A stretch of 17,983 nt of DNA from Hormoscilla sp. (GTDB lineage Bacteria; Cyanobacteriota; Cyanobacteriia; Cyanobacteriales; Desertifilaceae). The stretch's first letter is position 1; each line of letters begins with the position of its first letter. The DNA is taken from positions 1-17,983 of the forward strand of contig JBFRWI010000149.1 in assembly GCA_051439505.1 (NCBI GenBank), given 5' to 3'. Below the pieces are notes generated by a model. The model searched no databases and was not told where the DNA came from. It saw nothing but the letters and a program-made list of their open reading frames with translations. Positions 1-8,947 of the stretch are shown piece after piece. Both the position numbers and the translations under genes were made by a program.

Positions 1-1405
1 TAGCTGTACCTCTATTGAATATACCGCTAGTGTTACCGCCACTCGCCGTATTATCGCTGATGGTACTGCTATTAATGTCAATTGTGGCGTTATCGAAGTT
101 GTTGATGCCAGCGCCGTTACCTGTTGATGAATTCCCGCTGACGGTGCTGTTTTTGAGAGTTATATTGGCTGAGGAATCTCTGCTGTAGATGCCACCGCCG
201 AAATTTGCTTGATTGCTGCTGACCGTACTGCTGGTCACATTGACTGTGCCGTTAATGTTGAAGATGCCACCGCCAGCATCAGTTGCTGTATTGTCGTTGA
301 TGCTGCTGTTAGTTAAGGTGACTGTGCCTGCCTTGTTGTATATGCCACCGCCGTTGTTGTTCGTCGCATTGTTTCTAACTATGCTATTCGTCAACTCCAA
401 GCTGGCATCCTCCACAAAAATGCCACCACCAAATTTGTTCGTAGAGGTATTGATCTCTCCACCAGTAACTATAATATTTTCCAACTTCAGATCGGCATTG
501 CTGAGAACATGAAATACCCGATCGCGCCCAGTAATCCCACTTGCGTCAACAGTCGCCTGGCCAGAACCATCAGTCTGAATAGTAATTTTGCCGCCACCAC
601 TGAGGATATCCAGGTCGCCCCCAGCAGCAGCGTCTTCTGCACTACTACCCAACGTCAGGCTGTAAGTCATGCCGCTGGTCAGGATAATGATGTCATCTCC
701 AGCAGTGTTGTTCGCAGCAATAACTGCTTCCCGCAAACTAATCTTTCCATCCATACCAGGATTATCTATCAGGGCGCTAATGCTGCTAGTACGTGCATAC
801 ACATCCCGGGGATCGCTAGTGATGGAAACATTCACATCTGCTAGCACACCCGCGTAAGCATTTTGTACCACCTTTGAAAATGCCAGGGGACTGGAAACTT
901 CTCCTACGGTCACCTCCAGGTTCCAGTTCCCCCCTTTGGCCGCATTTCCCGTCCGCGTTTTCGAGGCCGCAATATTTGCTCCGGTTGCTGCCTGCAATTT
1001 TTCGAGAAATTCTGCTCCCGCATCCCCCGCTGCTACATTACAACCATAGAGGAGCAGATGAGTCACATTCCACCGGTGCAAATCACTCCCATACTGCTCT
1101 AATGTATCGAGACTCAGTTGGCCATTGCCCAGATACAGGCATCCTGGGGCCCCGTGAGACACAATGTGAACGTTCCCACCTGCTCCCTTCTGCCTGATAT
1201 ATGCTTGTAAATATTGGGTTATTTGGGCCACGCCATCCCTGTCCGAGTCCAATATAACCACTTCGGTTGACCGTTCCAGACCGGAGACCAGTTGCTCTTT
1301 GTCTTCAACTGCTGCATCAATGAAGGCGATCGCCTTTGTCTCGGGTACTGCAACTTGCTCTTTTGTATCGATCTTTCTTAACTCAGAAGTAATGGTAATG
1401 TTCAT
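1..1405 (-). CDS. Large surface/secreted protein, N-terminal part only (runs off the left edge): DUF4347 domain, CSLREA-like motif, Pmp-like GGGI beta-helix repeats
   Basis: Manually translated: open frame from ATG at 1405 to the edge, 468 codons, no stop. MNITITSELRKID...IAFIDAAVED...VHIVSHGAPGCLYLG...LLLYGCNVAAGDAGAEFLEKLQAATGANIAASKTRTGNAAKGGNWNLE (DUF4347 pattern), then DGKISLREAVIAANN, GDLDI, RDRVFHV, and repeats FGGGIF / NGGGIYN / AGGGIFN / FGGGIY / NGAGINN. Missing from the ORF track because the stop lies outside the window. Confidence 0.9.
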   Translation of the reverse strand, partial: MNITITSELRKIDTKEQVAVPETKAIAFIDAAVEDKEQLVSGLERSTEVVILDSDRDGVAQITQYLQAYIRQKGAGGNVHIVSHGAPGCLYLGNGQLSLDTLEQYGSDLHRWNVTHLLLYGCNVAAGDAGAEFLEKLQAATGANIAASKTRTGNAAKGGNWNLEVTVGEVSSPLAFSKVVQNAYAGVLADVNVSITSDPRDVYARTSSISALIDNPGMDGKISLREAVIAANNTAGDDIIILTSGMTYSLTLGSSAEDAAAGGDLDILSGGGKITIQTDGSGQATVDASGITGRDRVFHVLSNADLKLENIIVTGGEINTSTNKFGGGIFVEDASLELTNSIVRNNATNNNGGGIYNKAGTVTLTNSSINDNTATDAGGGIFNINGTVNVTSSTVSSNQANFGGGIYSRDSSANITLKNSTVSGNSSTGNGAGINNFDNATIDINSSTISDNTASGGNTSGIFNRGTA

Positions 1406-1849
1406 TTTTTGTTTTTTTATCTTACTTTTTTGAACTCATGTTTGTGATTTTTTTGTGAAGGTCGAAAATTTTTTTCGTAGGTAGACTGCATTCCCAGTAA
1501 ATTGGCTTGCGCCAGTGGGATAATATCGTCTGGTATGGTCAAAGAGGCGATCGGGCCTACCGATAATTCCCGGCCATTAATACCTAACATCCCAGTTTTC
1601 GCTAAATCAAGCCGTGATGCTTATCTCTGGGTTTCTATGAGATTTCTGGATCGCGCCAGTGACCACACCCGATTGACAGTTTCCCTGCCGGATGCCCAAT
1701 ACCCCTGACCTGTTTCTAGTAGATGCCCTGATGCCCATCAATGAGAGAGATTTTCCCGTCTACCTGACTATCCCTGATTTTCTCGGTCAAATCGCGCTAT
1801 TGACTAGGCTAGTTTACCGAGTTTTTACTGATATTTATCTATATTTGAG

Positions 1850-1878
1850 ATTATAACAAAAAAAAATTACATCTGCAA
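1850..1878 (-). promoter_or_regulatory. Putative sigma70-type promoter for the DUF4347 gene
   Basis: Minus strand: TTGCAG (1878-1873), 17 bp spacer containing a T9 run, then TG-n-TATAAT (-10 at 1855-1850). Confidence 0.6.
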
Positions 1879-2134
1879 TAATTTGAGGATTTTTTTGGGG
1901 AAATGGGTTTTAGGCCCGAATAACGACATTACCGGCGGCCTAATATGCAGATTGCCAGCATCAACTGGTCATATTTGACCAAATCTTGACAATCGCAATA
2001 TGCAAGATGAAGATTGTCTGAAGTGAACGAATTTCCAGGGTTCTGGGCAATATAGTAGTAGATAATTTAATTAGGTCAGCAGCAAGCAGCAGCCGGTCAC
2101 GACCAGACTCATAAATCCTCACCTACAAAAATCT

Positions 2135-3409
2135 ATGCGTATTCTGATATATTCCTACAACTACCATCCAGAGCCAATTGGCATCGCCCCTCTCATGACT
2201 GAGTTGGCAGAGGGTCTAGTGAAACGAGGTCATCAGGTGCGGGTGGTCACCGGTATGCCCAACTATCCCCAGCGCCGCATTTATGATGAATATCAGGGCA
2301 AGCTTTATCTGACAGAAGAAAGAAACGGTGTCACGATCGATCGCAGCTATGTTCGGATCAAAGGCCCTCACCCCAGCCTACTCGATCGCTTGCTACTGGA
2401 TGGCAGCTTTATGGTAACAAGCTTCCCCCTCACATTCAAGGGTTGGCGACCGGACGTGATTTTATCCACCAGTCCTCCCTTACCCATTTGCGTACCGGTA
2501 GCTTTATGCGGCTGGTTGCGTGGAGTGCCTGTGGTACTCAACATTCAGGATATTGTCTCGGAAGCAGGGTCTCGCGTAGGTTTGCTGAAAAAAAGTGGTC
2601 TGCTGAGTCGCGCGGTGGACGCTTTAGAAAAATTTGCCTACTGGACAGCCCAGAGAGTAAGCGTGATTGATGATGGGTTCAAACCCAAATTGGCCAGTCA
2701 AGGAGTCCCCGCCGACAAAATTGTCACCATTGCCAATTGGGTGGATGTTAATTTTATCCGACCTTGGCCCCAGGATCGGGAGAACCAATTCCGCCGGGAC
2801 AATCAACTTGATGGTAAATTTGTAGTGCTCTACGCTGGCAACATTGCCCTCACCCAAGGTTTGGAAACGGCGATTCAGGCCGCAGCTCAGCTCCAAAAGT
2901 ACCGGGAAATTGCTTTTGTAATCGTCGGAGAAGAGTCGGCCCTGGAGACATTGCAGGAGTTTCGCTCTACCCACGAAGCTGAAAACGTCCATCTGCTACC
3001 GTTTCAACCGCGAGAAAAGTTGCCAGAAATGCTGGGGGCGGCAGATTTGGGGTTAGTAGTGCAAAAGGATCGGGTGACAGATTTTAACCTGCCGTCCAAA
3101 ATACCGGTACTTCTGGCCAGTGGTCGGGCAATTGTGGGCTCGGTGCCAGCAAGGGGGACGGCGGCCAAAGCAATTAAGAACAGTGGCGGCGGCGTTGTTG
3201 TGGCACCAGAAGACCCCCAAGCCCTAGCGGACCAAATAGAAAAACTATACCGCGATCGCGCTCTGGTCTCTAAGCTGGGCGAGCAAGGCAGAAACTATGC
3301 TGTGGCCCACTACGCCTTCGAGCAAGCGTTGGCTAAGTATGAAGAGGTGTTTGCCGCGCTGACGGAAAAAAAGCCGCATCCACTGCTAGAAAGGAGTAGT
3401 GAAAGTTGA
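2135..3409 (+). CDS. Family 4 glycosyltransferase, WcaI-like
   Basis: 424 aa. N-terminus MRILIYSYNYHPEPIGIAPLMTELAEGLVKRGHQVRVVTGMPNYP; VLYAGNIALTQGL; ADLGLV...PSKIPVLLASGRAIV, typical of the GT-B/GT4 WcaI group. Confidence 0.9.
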   Translation: MRILIYSYNYHPEPIGIAPLMTELAEGLVKRGHQVRVVTGMPNYPQRRIYDEYQGKLYLTEERNGVTIDRSYVRIKGPHPSLLDRLLLDGSFMVTSFPLTFKGWRPDVILSTSPPLPICVPVALCGWLRGVPVVLNIQDIVSEAGSRVGLLKKSGLLSRAVDALEKFAYWTAQRVSVIDDGFKPKLASQGVPADKIVTIANWVDVNFIRPWPQDRENQFRRDNQLDGKFVVLYAGNIALTQGLETAIQAAAQLQKYREIAFVIVGEESALETLQEFRSTHEAENVHLLPFQPREKLPEMLGAADLGLVVQKDRVTDFNLPSKIPVLLASGRAIVGSVPARGTAAKAIKNSGGGVVVAPEDPQALADQIEKLYRDRALVSKLGEQGRNYAVAHYAFEQALAKYEEVFAALTEKKPHPLLERSSES

Positions 3410-3494
3410 CGCTCATGAGCGTATGTCAAGAAACCCGGTGGCTCTTGGGGCAAATATCGATACCGCCCAGAAGACACCGAGTTTACGAGCATAC

Positions 3495-3524
3495 TTGACC
3501 GACATTGAGGTTTGATGATAAAAT
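3495..3524 (+). promoter_or_regulatory. Putative promoter of the rsfS-CGLD27-asparaginase run
   Basis: TTGACC (3495-3500), 18 bp spacer, TG-a-TAAAAT (3519-3524), about 47 nt upstream of the rsfS ATG. Confidence 0.45.
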
Positions 3525-3571
3525 TAATCAATACCTAACCCGACAGACCGGTTGCTAGCGCTAGCGAAAAA

Positions 3572-3940
3572 ATGGAATTGTTAGAAGATAGCTTAAAACT
3601 AGCGAGGATCATAGCTGGGGCAGCGGACGATCGCAAAGCAGCAGACATTGTCATCCTCGACCTGTCAGAAGTGTCCTATCTGGCAGATTACTTCGTGATC
3701 GCTACGGGGTTCTCGAAAGTCCAGGTGCGGGCGATCGCCCGCTCGATCGAAGATAGAGTAGTTGATACTTTCGATCGCTATCCAGCACGCACGGAAGGAA
3801 AAGCAGAAGGAAGTTGGGTACTCCTGGACTACTCGGATGCGATCGCTCATATCTTTATGCCCGCAGAAAGGGAGTATTATAACCTAGAAGCCTTCTGGGG
3901 ACATGCCGAACGGATAGAATTTAACAGTAGTGCTAATTGA
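3572..3940 (+). CDS. rsfS: Ribosome silencing factor RsfS (Iojap)
   Basis: 122 aa; [35 protein letters not shown]...[23 protein letters not shown]. Confidence 0.95.
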   Translation: MELLEDSLKLARIIAGAADDRKAADIVILDLSEVSYLADYFVIATGFSKVQVRAIARSIEDRVVDTFDRYPARTEGKAEGSWVLLDYSDAIAHIFMPAEREYYNLEAFWGHAERIEFNSSAN

Positions 3941-3956
3941 ATTAGGACCGATACCC

Positions 3957-4484
3957 GTGAGAGAGCCACCTCCCATCTCAGCTTGCCCCGTACCCTGGGA
4001 ACAGCAACCAATCAATGAGTATAAAAACTTGAGTGACTCTTGTTTTTTTGACTGGGCAACTCTCGAACTGCCAGGCTATCTGAGGAAAATAGCGGTAGTT
4101 TGGGGTATCAGTTGGCTGATAACAGGACCGGTGGCAGCAGCAAGCTTTGCACCGGCGAAGTATCCAGTCCAGTTCCTGCTTTGTGGTGCGGGTGGCGCTA
4201 GCTTGTGCTTGAGTTTGGTGCTGCTGAGGCTTTATCTGGGATGGAAATATGTGGGCGATCGGCTCAATAGCGAGACAGTATTATATGAAGAATCGGGCTG
4301 GTATGACGGTCAAACCTGGGCGAAAACTCCCGAAATGTTGGCTCAAGACCGGCTGATATTCACCTACCAAGTCCAACCTATTCTCCGGCGGGTGATGCGA
4401 ATCTTGGCATTCCTGGCTTTATTGTTGCTGGGGGAGATGATAATTTGGGTTGGTTTGTCGCTACTATCGAACTTATACAGTTGA
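3957..4484 (+). CDS. ycf36: CGLD27/Ycf36 (DUF1230) family membrane protein
   Basis: CPVPWEQQPINEY, RLYLGWKYVGDRL, YEESGWYDGQTWAKTPE and DRLI motifs; hydrophobic segments. Start placed at GTG 3957 (AGGA at 3944-3947) rather than the track's 3930, which overlaps rsfS. Confidence 0.88.
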   Translation: MREPPPISACPVPWEQQPINEYKNLSDSCFFDWATLELPGYLRKIAVVWGISWLITGPVAAASFAPAKYPVQFLLCGAGGASLCLSLVLLRLYLGWKYVGDRLNSETVLYEESGWYDGQTWAKTPEMLAQDRLIFTYQVQPILRRVMRILAFLALLLLGEMIIWVGLSLLSNLYS

Positions 4485-4542
4485 AAGATAAAACTGCTCG
4501 ATCTCGATCGTCGGTAGTCCCGGAGGTCCTAAAGTCAAAGCC

Positions 4543-5493
4543 ATGACTAGAGTAAAACGAACTCAAGCAGCAGAACTGGAAGTCAGACTGCTGCGCGAAG
4601 GAATTACAGAATCGACTCATCGCGTCCAAGCGGTTGTCTGCGACCACAGGGGACGTGTTCTTTCCGTGGCCGGTGACAAAGAAACCGCCACCTTCATCCG
4701 TTCTTCGCTGAAGCCTTTTCAAGCCCTAGCCGTGACAACAACCGGCACGATGGAACGCTACGATCTCACAGAGCGAGATTTAGCGATTATTTGTAGCTCT
4801 CACAAAGGGACAACAGAGCAAGCGCGGCAGGCATTTAACGTGCTGTGGCGCTGTGATGTGGATGCCTCCATACTTCAATGTCCCATCCCTGAAGGGAAAG
4901 AAAGTCCCCTACAACACAATTGTTCTGGCAAACATGCGGGGATGCTAGCTGTCTGCCGGCAACGGGACTGGCGAGTGGAAACTTACTTGCGGCGCAATCA
5001 TCCCGTGCAGCAGCAGATCTTGAACAAAGTCGCAGATCTGCTAGGGATGCCAGCTGATGAGTTTATCGGTGCTCGGGATGATTGTGGTGCCCCTACCTAT
5101 GTAATGGAACTGGGACAAATGGCTAGTTTGTACGGAAAGCTGACCTCCGGTGACAATCTGGATATGGAGCGCATTGTCCGGGCGATGATCAATCACCCGA
5201 CTCTGATAGCTGGAGTGGGCGAGTTTGACAGCGAACTGATGACGGCGAGTTCAGGAGAACTGGTCAGCAAAGCCGGTGCAGAAGGAGTTCAGTGCATTGG
5301 TAAGGTCGGCGAGGGCATGGGATTAGCCATTAAAGTGATGGATGGATCCAAACGGGCCAAACATGCTGTGGCGATTCATTTGCTGAAGCAGCTAGGTTGG
5401 ATAACGCCGGCAGTATCGGAAAATCTGGCCGAGAAGTTCATGACATTGACTGAATTCAAGCGCTTGGAGGTGATTGGGGAATTGACGATCTGA
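4543..5493 (+). CDS. L-asparaginase II family (Rhizobium AnsA-type / class 3)
   Basis: 316 aa; RSSLKPFQA, CSSH, HNCSGKHAGML, DDCGAP and SKAGAEG motifs. Confidence 0.9.
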   Translation: MTRVKRTQAAELEVRLLREGITESTHRVQAVVCDHRGRVLSVAGDKETATFIRSSLKPFQALAVTTTGTMERYDLTERDLAIICSSHKGTTEQARQAFNVLWRCDVDASILQCPIPEGKESPLQHNCSGKHAGMLAVCRQRDWRVETYLRRNHPVQQQILNKVADLLGMPADEFIGARDDCGAPTYVMELGQMASLYGKLTSGDNLDMERIVRAMINHPTLIAGVGEFDSELMTASSGELVSKAGAEGVQCIGKVGEGMGLAIKVMDGSKRAKHAVAIHLLKQLGWITPAVSENLAEKFMTLTEFKRLEVIGELTI

Positions 5494-5600
5494 AAAATTT
5501 TTTCAACAGACAAAATCTCTCAAACTCAGTCAGGGAGAGGCTTTCGTGGATTATTGAAGAGAAGATTGCGAAATTTTTCCCAAAATTTTCTCAAAAAAGG

Positions 5601-5629
5601 TTGCCAGATCTGTTTTTTTTAGTTATATT
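5601..5629 (+). promoter_or_regulatory. Putative tRNA promoter
   Basis: TTGCCA (5601-5606), 17 bp, TATATT (5624-5629), 11 nt before the tRNA 5' end. Confidence 0.65.
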
Positions 5630-5640
5630 AGATTTATCGA

Positions 5641-5717
<77 letters not shown>

Positions 5718-5731
5718 AATTATCAATCTAA

Positions 5732-5769
5732 ACAAAACCCTGCAATCAGAAATGGTTGCAGGGTTTTGT
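5732..5769 (+). terminator. Intrinsic terminator-like hairpin after the tRNA, possibly bidirectional
   Basis: ACAAAACCCTGCAATCA-GAAA-TGGTTGCAGGGTTTTGT: 17 bp stem with one G-U pair and a GNRA loop. Confidence 0.75.
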
Positions 5770-5793
5770 CGATCTAGTGCTCGGCCTCCCCGC

Positions 5794-5843
5794 CCGAACC
5801 CTAAAGGGTCCGGCTACTCGAACCAAGCCCGCCTGCGCGGGCT
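5794..5843 (-). repeat. GTAG-type REP-like double-hairpin repeat
   Basis: Minus strand: AGCCCGC-GCAG-GCGGGCT, then GTAG directly followed by hairpin CCGGACCC-TTTA-GGGTTCGG. Resembles dispersed repeats of filamentous cyanobacteria (from recall). Confidence 0.6.
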
Positions 5844-5985
5844 ATATTACATGCATAATCAATGCCGCTAGCTATCAACTACAAGTGAGCGCACCCGTTG
5901 TCAGCGGGGAAGCGTTCACTGGTACGTCGGCCTGGTGCGTTATATCAAATCTGATTGAATGCCCATAATAAAAATTTCATCAACT

Positions 5986-6088
5986 GTAGGTTGGGTTTCC
6001 GCTACTTACCCAACCGGTTGTTGGGTTTCGCTGAAACTGCCGGTTGGGTCTGGAGCACGAAACCCAACCGGTTGTTGGGTTTCGCTGA
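5986..6088. repeat. REP/BIME-like cluster of GTAG-GTTGGGT...ACCCAAC units
   Basis: GTAG at 5986 followed by GTTGGGT...ACCCAAC. Exact 27 bp direct repeat ACCCAACCGGTTGTTGGGTTTCGCTGA at 6008-6034 and 6062-6088; second hairpin GGTTGGGT...ACCCAACC at 6042-6069. Confidence 0.7.
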
Positions 6089-6153
6089 CGATCTAGATGG
6101 TGAGAGTCGGGTTTTCACAAATTGTGAGTAATTACCCGGACTTGATGATACTG

Positions 6154-6679
6154 GGGTGTGGTCAAAAACAGTTGATACACCCGAGACCTTGCGCTCTGCG
6201 TTGCATTCGGGAAGGATATCTATCCTTAACTAGCTGCTGCGCAGCCGCTGCGCTACGCTCCTACAGGGGTATACGACAACTGGTCCGGATCGGAAATGAT
6301 CGACGGGAAATGAGCCACACCCTCCCCAATTAAATCCCGCGCTCAAATGTCCAAAATTTGAGGAGTTTTTGTTAAAAATGTCCAAAATTTTCGTATTTTC
6401 TACGTAGACAAAGTGGTCAGTCCATCAGTACCATAAGGGTGGATGGGTGGGTGTTAGTGGGATGGTAAGTATTTTTGACTTTTTTTTAAAAAAACTTCAA
6501 CCTCGCGTATTTTTTGTAAACAAATCTCTCGCTCTCTCGCGCGGGGGTCAGCTCGCTCGCGGGGGTATATTTTTTATCTTTGCTTAACTTTTCTTGCCGA
6601 AAGTAGGCAGGTGCGAGAGTGGTCCCTGAGCGTGAGCCGAAGGGCAGCAAATGACTATCAACTACTTTTGACCACACCC
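6154..6679. mobile_element. Non-autonomous MITE-like element, 526 bp, 24 bp TIRs, 9 bp TSD
   Basis: Left GGGTGTGGTCAAAAACAGTTGATA (6154-6177); right TATCAACTACTTTTGACCACACCC (6656-6679), 22/24 inverted match. Flanks ATGATACTG (6145-6153) and ACGATACTG (6680-6688), 8/9. No transposase ORF inside. Confidence 0.8.
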
Positions 6680-7073
6680 ACGATACTGTGCTGGTAGCGT
6701 CTGGTGGGCGGTAGAAGGTGCCGGTGATGGCGCGATCGCCCTACATAAGCGTGCCGTAAATCCCTTGCCAGGCATAAGCGCAATATTTGTTGGTGTTTAT
6801 CTCGGGTAGGGTGGAGAAGACAGGAGAACCCAAAACCAGGGTTTGGCAGAATTATCCCACACAATCATTGTCTTAAAAAGTTGGTCGAAATCGGTTATCA
6901 GTTATCGGTTGTTCGCGGTGATAACTAACAAAGTTCTCGGGAACAAGGGATATTTTTATAAATCCTAAATGATGTAGATGTAGAAGGACAATCTATTTTT
7001 GACCGGGAACAAATAATGGTAATTAAGAGACAAGGGTATCGAGAACATGAATTGCAAAATAATTATCATCTAG

Positions 7074-7103
7074 TTGCACGATCGAGGAAATTAATGCTAT
7101 AAT
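7074..7103 (+). promoter_or_regulatory. Putative promoter of the YcjF/DUF697 gene
   Basis: TTGCAC (7074-7079), 18 bp, TG-c-TATAAT (7098-7103); AGGAG just upstream of ATG 7210. Confidence 0.55.
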
Positions 7104-7209
7104 GAAATCAATAAATAATTAGATCTGGTTGCATGAATAGCGCCGAAAAAGAGGTTGAGGAGATAGCATAGATATAAGTAGGTAAAGACATTAACAGGAG
7201 AGAGAAAAA

Positions 7210-8625
7210 ATGGATATTAAATTAAAACGCCCGATTTTAATCGGCGGAGTGGGCCTATCGATGGCACTATGGTTCTGGGAAAGCATCCAGCAAGAAATGG
7301 GTCAACTGTCAGAGTTGACGATGATGGGCGCGATCGCCTTAACTGGACTCTGGTGGTTCAAGCAAAAAGCTGCCAAGACTCTGAATTGGCCAGGAACGGA
7401 ACCGGTGGATAAAGAAAAGGTGGAAAAGGCGATCGCCAAAATCAACGGGGCCATTAACCAGTTAGAAGCGGAAAAGCAAGATGTCTCGACCTGGCGCCAA
7501 GGGGTCGAACAGCTGACGGCGGAGTTAGACCGGAAGGAAATTAGCCTGGCGGTGACCGGTGGTAAAAGCGTGGGTAAAACCAGCTTGATCCAAGGACTTG
7601 ATTCAAGCTGGGAAATTCAGGAAACACCCGCCTTATTTGTGGTTGACGATGGCGAAACAGCAGCAGAGGAAATCTTGTCCAACTCTGATTTAGTGGTGTT
7701 TGTGACGGCGGGAGACCTGACTGACTCGGAGTTTCAAACCTTGCAGCAACTCGCAGCAGTCCACCAGCGGACTGTATTGGCCTTCAACAAGCAAGACCAG
7801 TATTTGCCAGAGGAACAACCGGTGATCTTGGAGCAGCTGCGGCAGCGGACAGCAGGAATATTGGAGTCAAAAGATGTGGTGGCGATCGCCGCCTCTCCCG
7901 ATGCCATGAAGGTGCGCAAGCATTCGGAAGATGGTGAGGTTTCCGAATGGATGGAAAACCAACAACCACAGATCGCACCCCTAACCGAAAGGTTAAGTCA
8001 CATCCTGGAAACGGAAGCTCAACAGCTGGTCTGGGCCACAACTATGCGCCAAGCAGATATCCTCAAGGGTGAGGTAAAGGAAGTCCTCAATGGACTGCGG
8101 CGCGATCGGGCCCTGCCCATTATCGAGCAATATCAGTACATTGCTGCTGCTGCTGCCTTTGCGAACCCCATTCCCACCTTAGATTTACTGGCAACTGGGG
8201 CCATTAACGGTCAGTTGGTGATGGATTTGGGAGCAGTTTATCAGCAAAAATTTGACCTCGATCGGGCCCAGAAAGCTGCGGGCACCATCGGCAGTCTGAT
8301 GCTGAAACTGGGTTTAGTTGAACTTACCACCCAAACCATTAGCGGCATCCTGAAAAGTCATGCCGTCACCTACGTTGCGGGTGGAGTCGCCCAGGGAGTC
8401 AGTGCTGCTTATTTGACTCGATTGGCTGGTTTAAGCTTGATTGAATATTTCCAAGCTCAGGATCTGACTGTAGAGGAAGGTTTCAATCTTGACAAGCTGG
8501 GAGAAACCCTGAAAAATGTGTTTCAACAAAATAACCGCATGGCCTTTTTTCAGGGTTTTGTCAAGCAAGTGGCAGGCCGTCTGGTGCCCGTTGAACCCAA
8601 ATTAGCTGAGAAAGCTGTTAGTTAG
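7210..8625 (+). CDS. YcjF/DUF697 family protein with N-terminal TM segments and a GTPase-like domain
   Basis: 471 aa. Two N-terminal hydrophobic stretches; P-loop GGKSVGKT; degenerate G3 (ETPA); G4 NKQD; C-terminal QYQYIAAAAAFANPIPTLDLLA...QGVSAAYLTRLAG (DUF697 pattern). Confidence 0.85.
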   Translation: MDIKLKRPILIGGVGLSMALWFWESIQQEMGQLSELTMMGAIALTGLWWFKQKAAKTLNWPGTEPVDKEKVEKAIAKINGAINQLEAEKQDVSTWRQGVEQLTAELDRKEISLAVTGGKSVGKTSLIQGLDSSWEIQETPALFVVDDGETAAEEILSNSDLVVFVTAGDLTDSEFQTLQQLAAVHQRTVLAFNKQDQYLPEEQPVILEQLRQRTAGILESKDVVAIAASPDAMKVRKHSEDGEVSEWMENQQPQIAPLTERLSHILETEAQQLVWATTMRQADILKGEVKEVLNGLRRDRALPIIEQYQYIAAAAAFANPIPTLDLLATGAINGQLVMDLGAVYQQKFDLDRAQKAAGTIGSLMLKLGLVELTTQTISGILKSHAVTYVAGGVAQGVSAAYLTRLAGLSLIEYFQAQDLTVEEGFNLDKLGETLKNVFQQNNRMAFFQGFVKQVAGRLVPVEPKLAEKAVS

Positions 8626-8682
8626 TTGTTAATTATTGGTTCATGGTTTATGGTTAATTGTCAGCCATGAACCACGAACAAT
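8617..8682. repeat. Degenerate heptamer (STRR-like) run forming a hairpin after the DUF697 gene
   Basis: Roughly 7 bp periodic TTGTTAA/TGGTTCA/TGGTTTA/TGGTTAA; 10 bp inverted repeat TGGTTCATGG (8637-8646) / CCATGAACCA (8665-8674). Confidence 0.55.
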
Positions 8683-8947
8683 ATAATCCATTCGACCGGA
8701 ATTATGCATCGATTACGCACGCTTCGCTACGATCTAGACGGCACCAAACCATGCAAGAATTTATGTTATTTGACGACTCTTTCTTTGTCTGAATAGAAAT
8801 GCTTCCGCTCCTACAGGTATCTTTGCAAATATGCAGTGTACCCGCATATTTTAAATGTTAATAATTTATATATCTCTACTTGCATTTTTATGTCTCTACT
8901 TTCGTTATAGTTTTCCCAACTGATTCGCTCCACTCTCCACAGATCCA

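Noticed and set aside
213..1197. Plus-strand ORFs 213..512, 509..844, 669..857, 874..1197
   Set aside because: Antisense shadows of the DUF4347 gene; the MPPP repeats are the reverse complement of GGGI codons.
1660..1670. TGACCACACCC, an 11 bp match to the MITE TIR end
   Set aside because: The match stops at 11 bp with no partner or TSD; cannot be distinguished from chance.
1851..1872. NtcA box near the DUF4347 promoter
   Set aside because: Does not fit GTA-N8-TAC.
5986..6088. 27 bp direct repeats with a 27 bp gap as a mini-CRISPR
   Set aside because: Only two copies; the 'spacer' contains the repeat's own inverted arm; no cas genes. REP-like instead.
5756..6864. Short ORFs 5756..5968, 6097..6333, 6486..6677, 6658..6864
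   Set aside because: They run across repeats and TIRs, have no recognisable motifs, and show no transposase signature.
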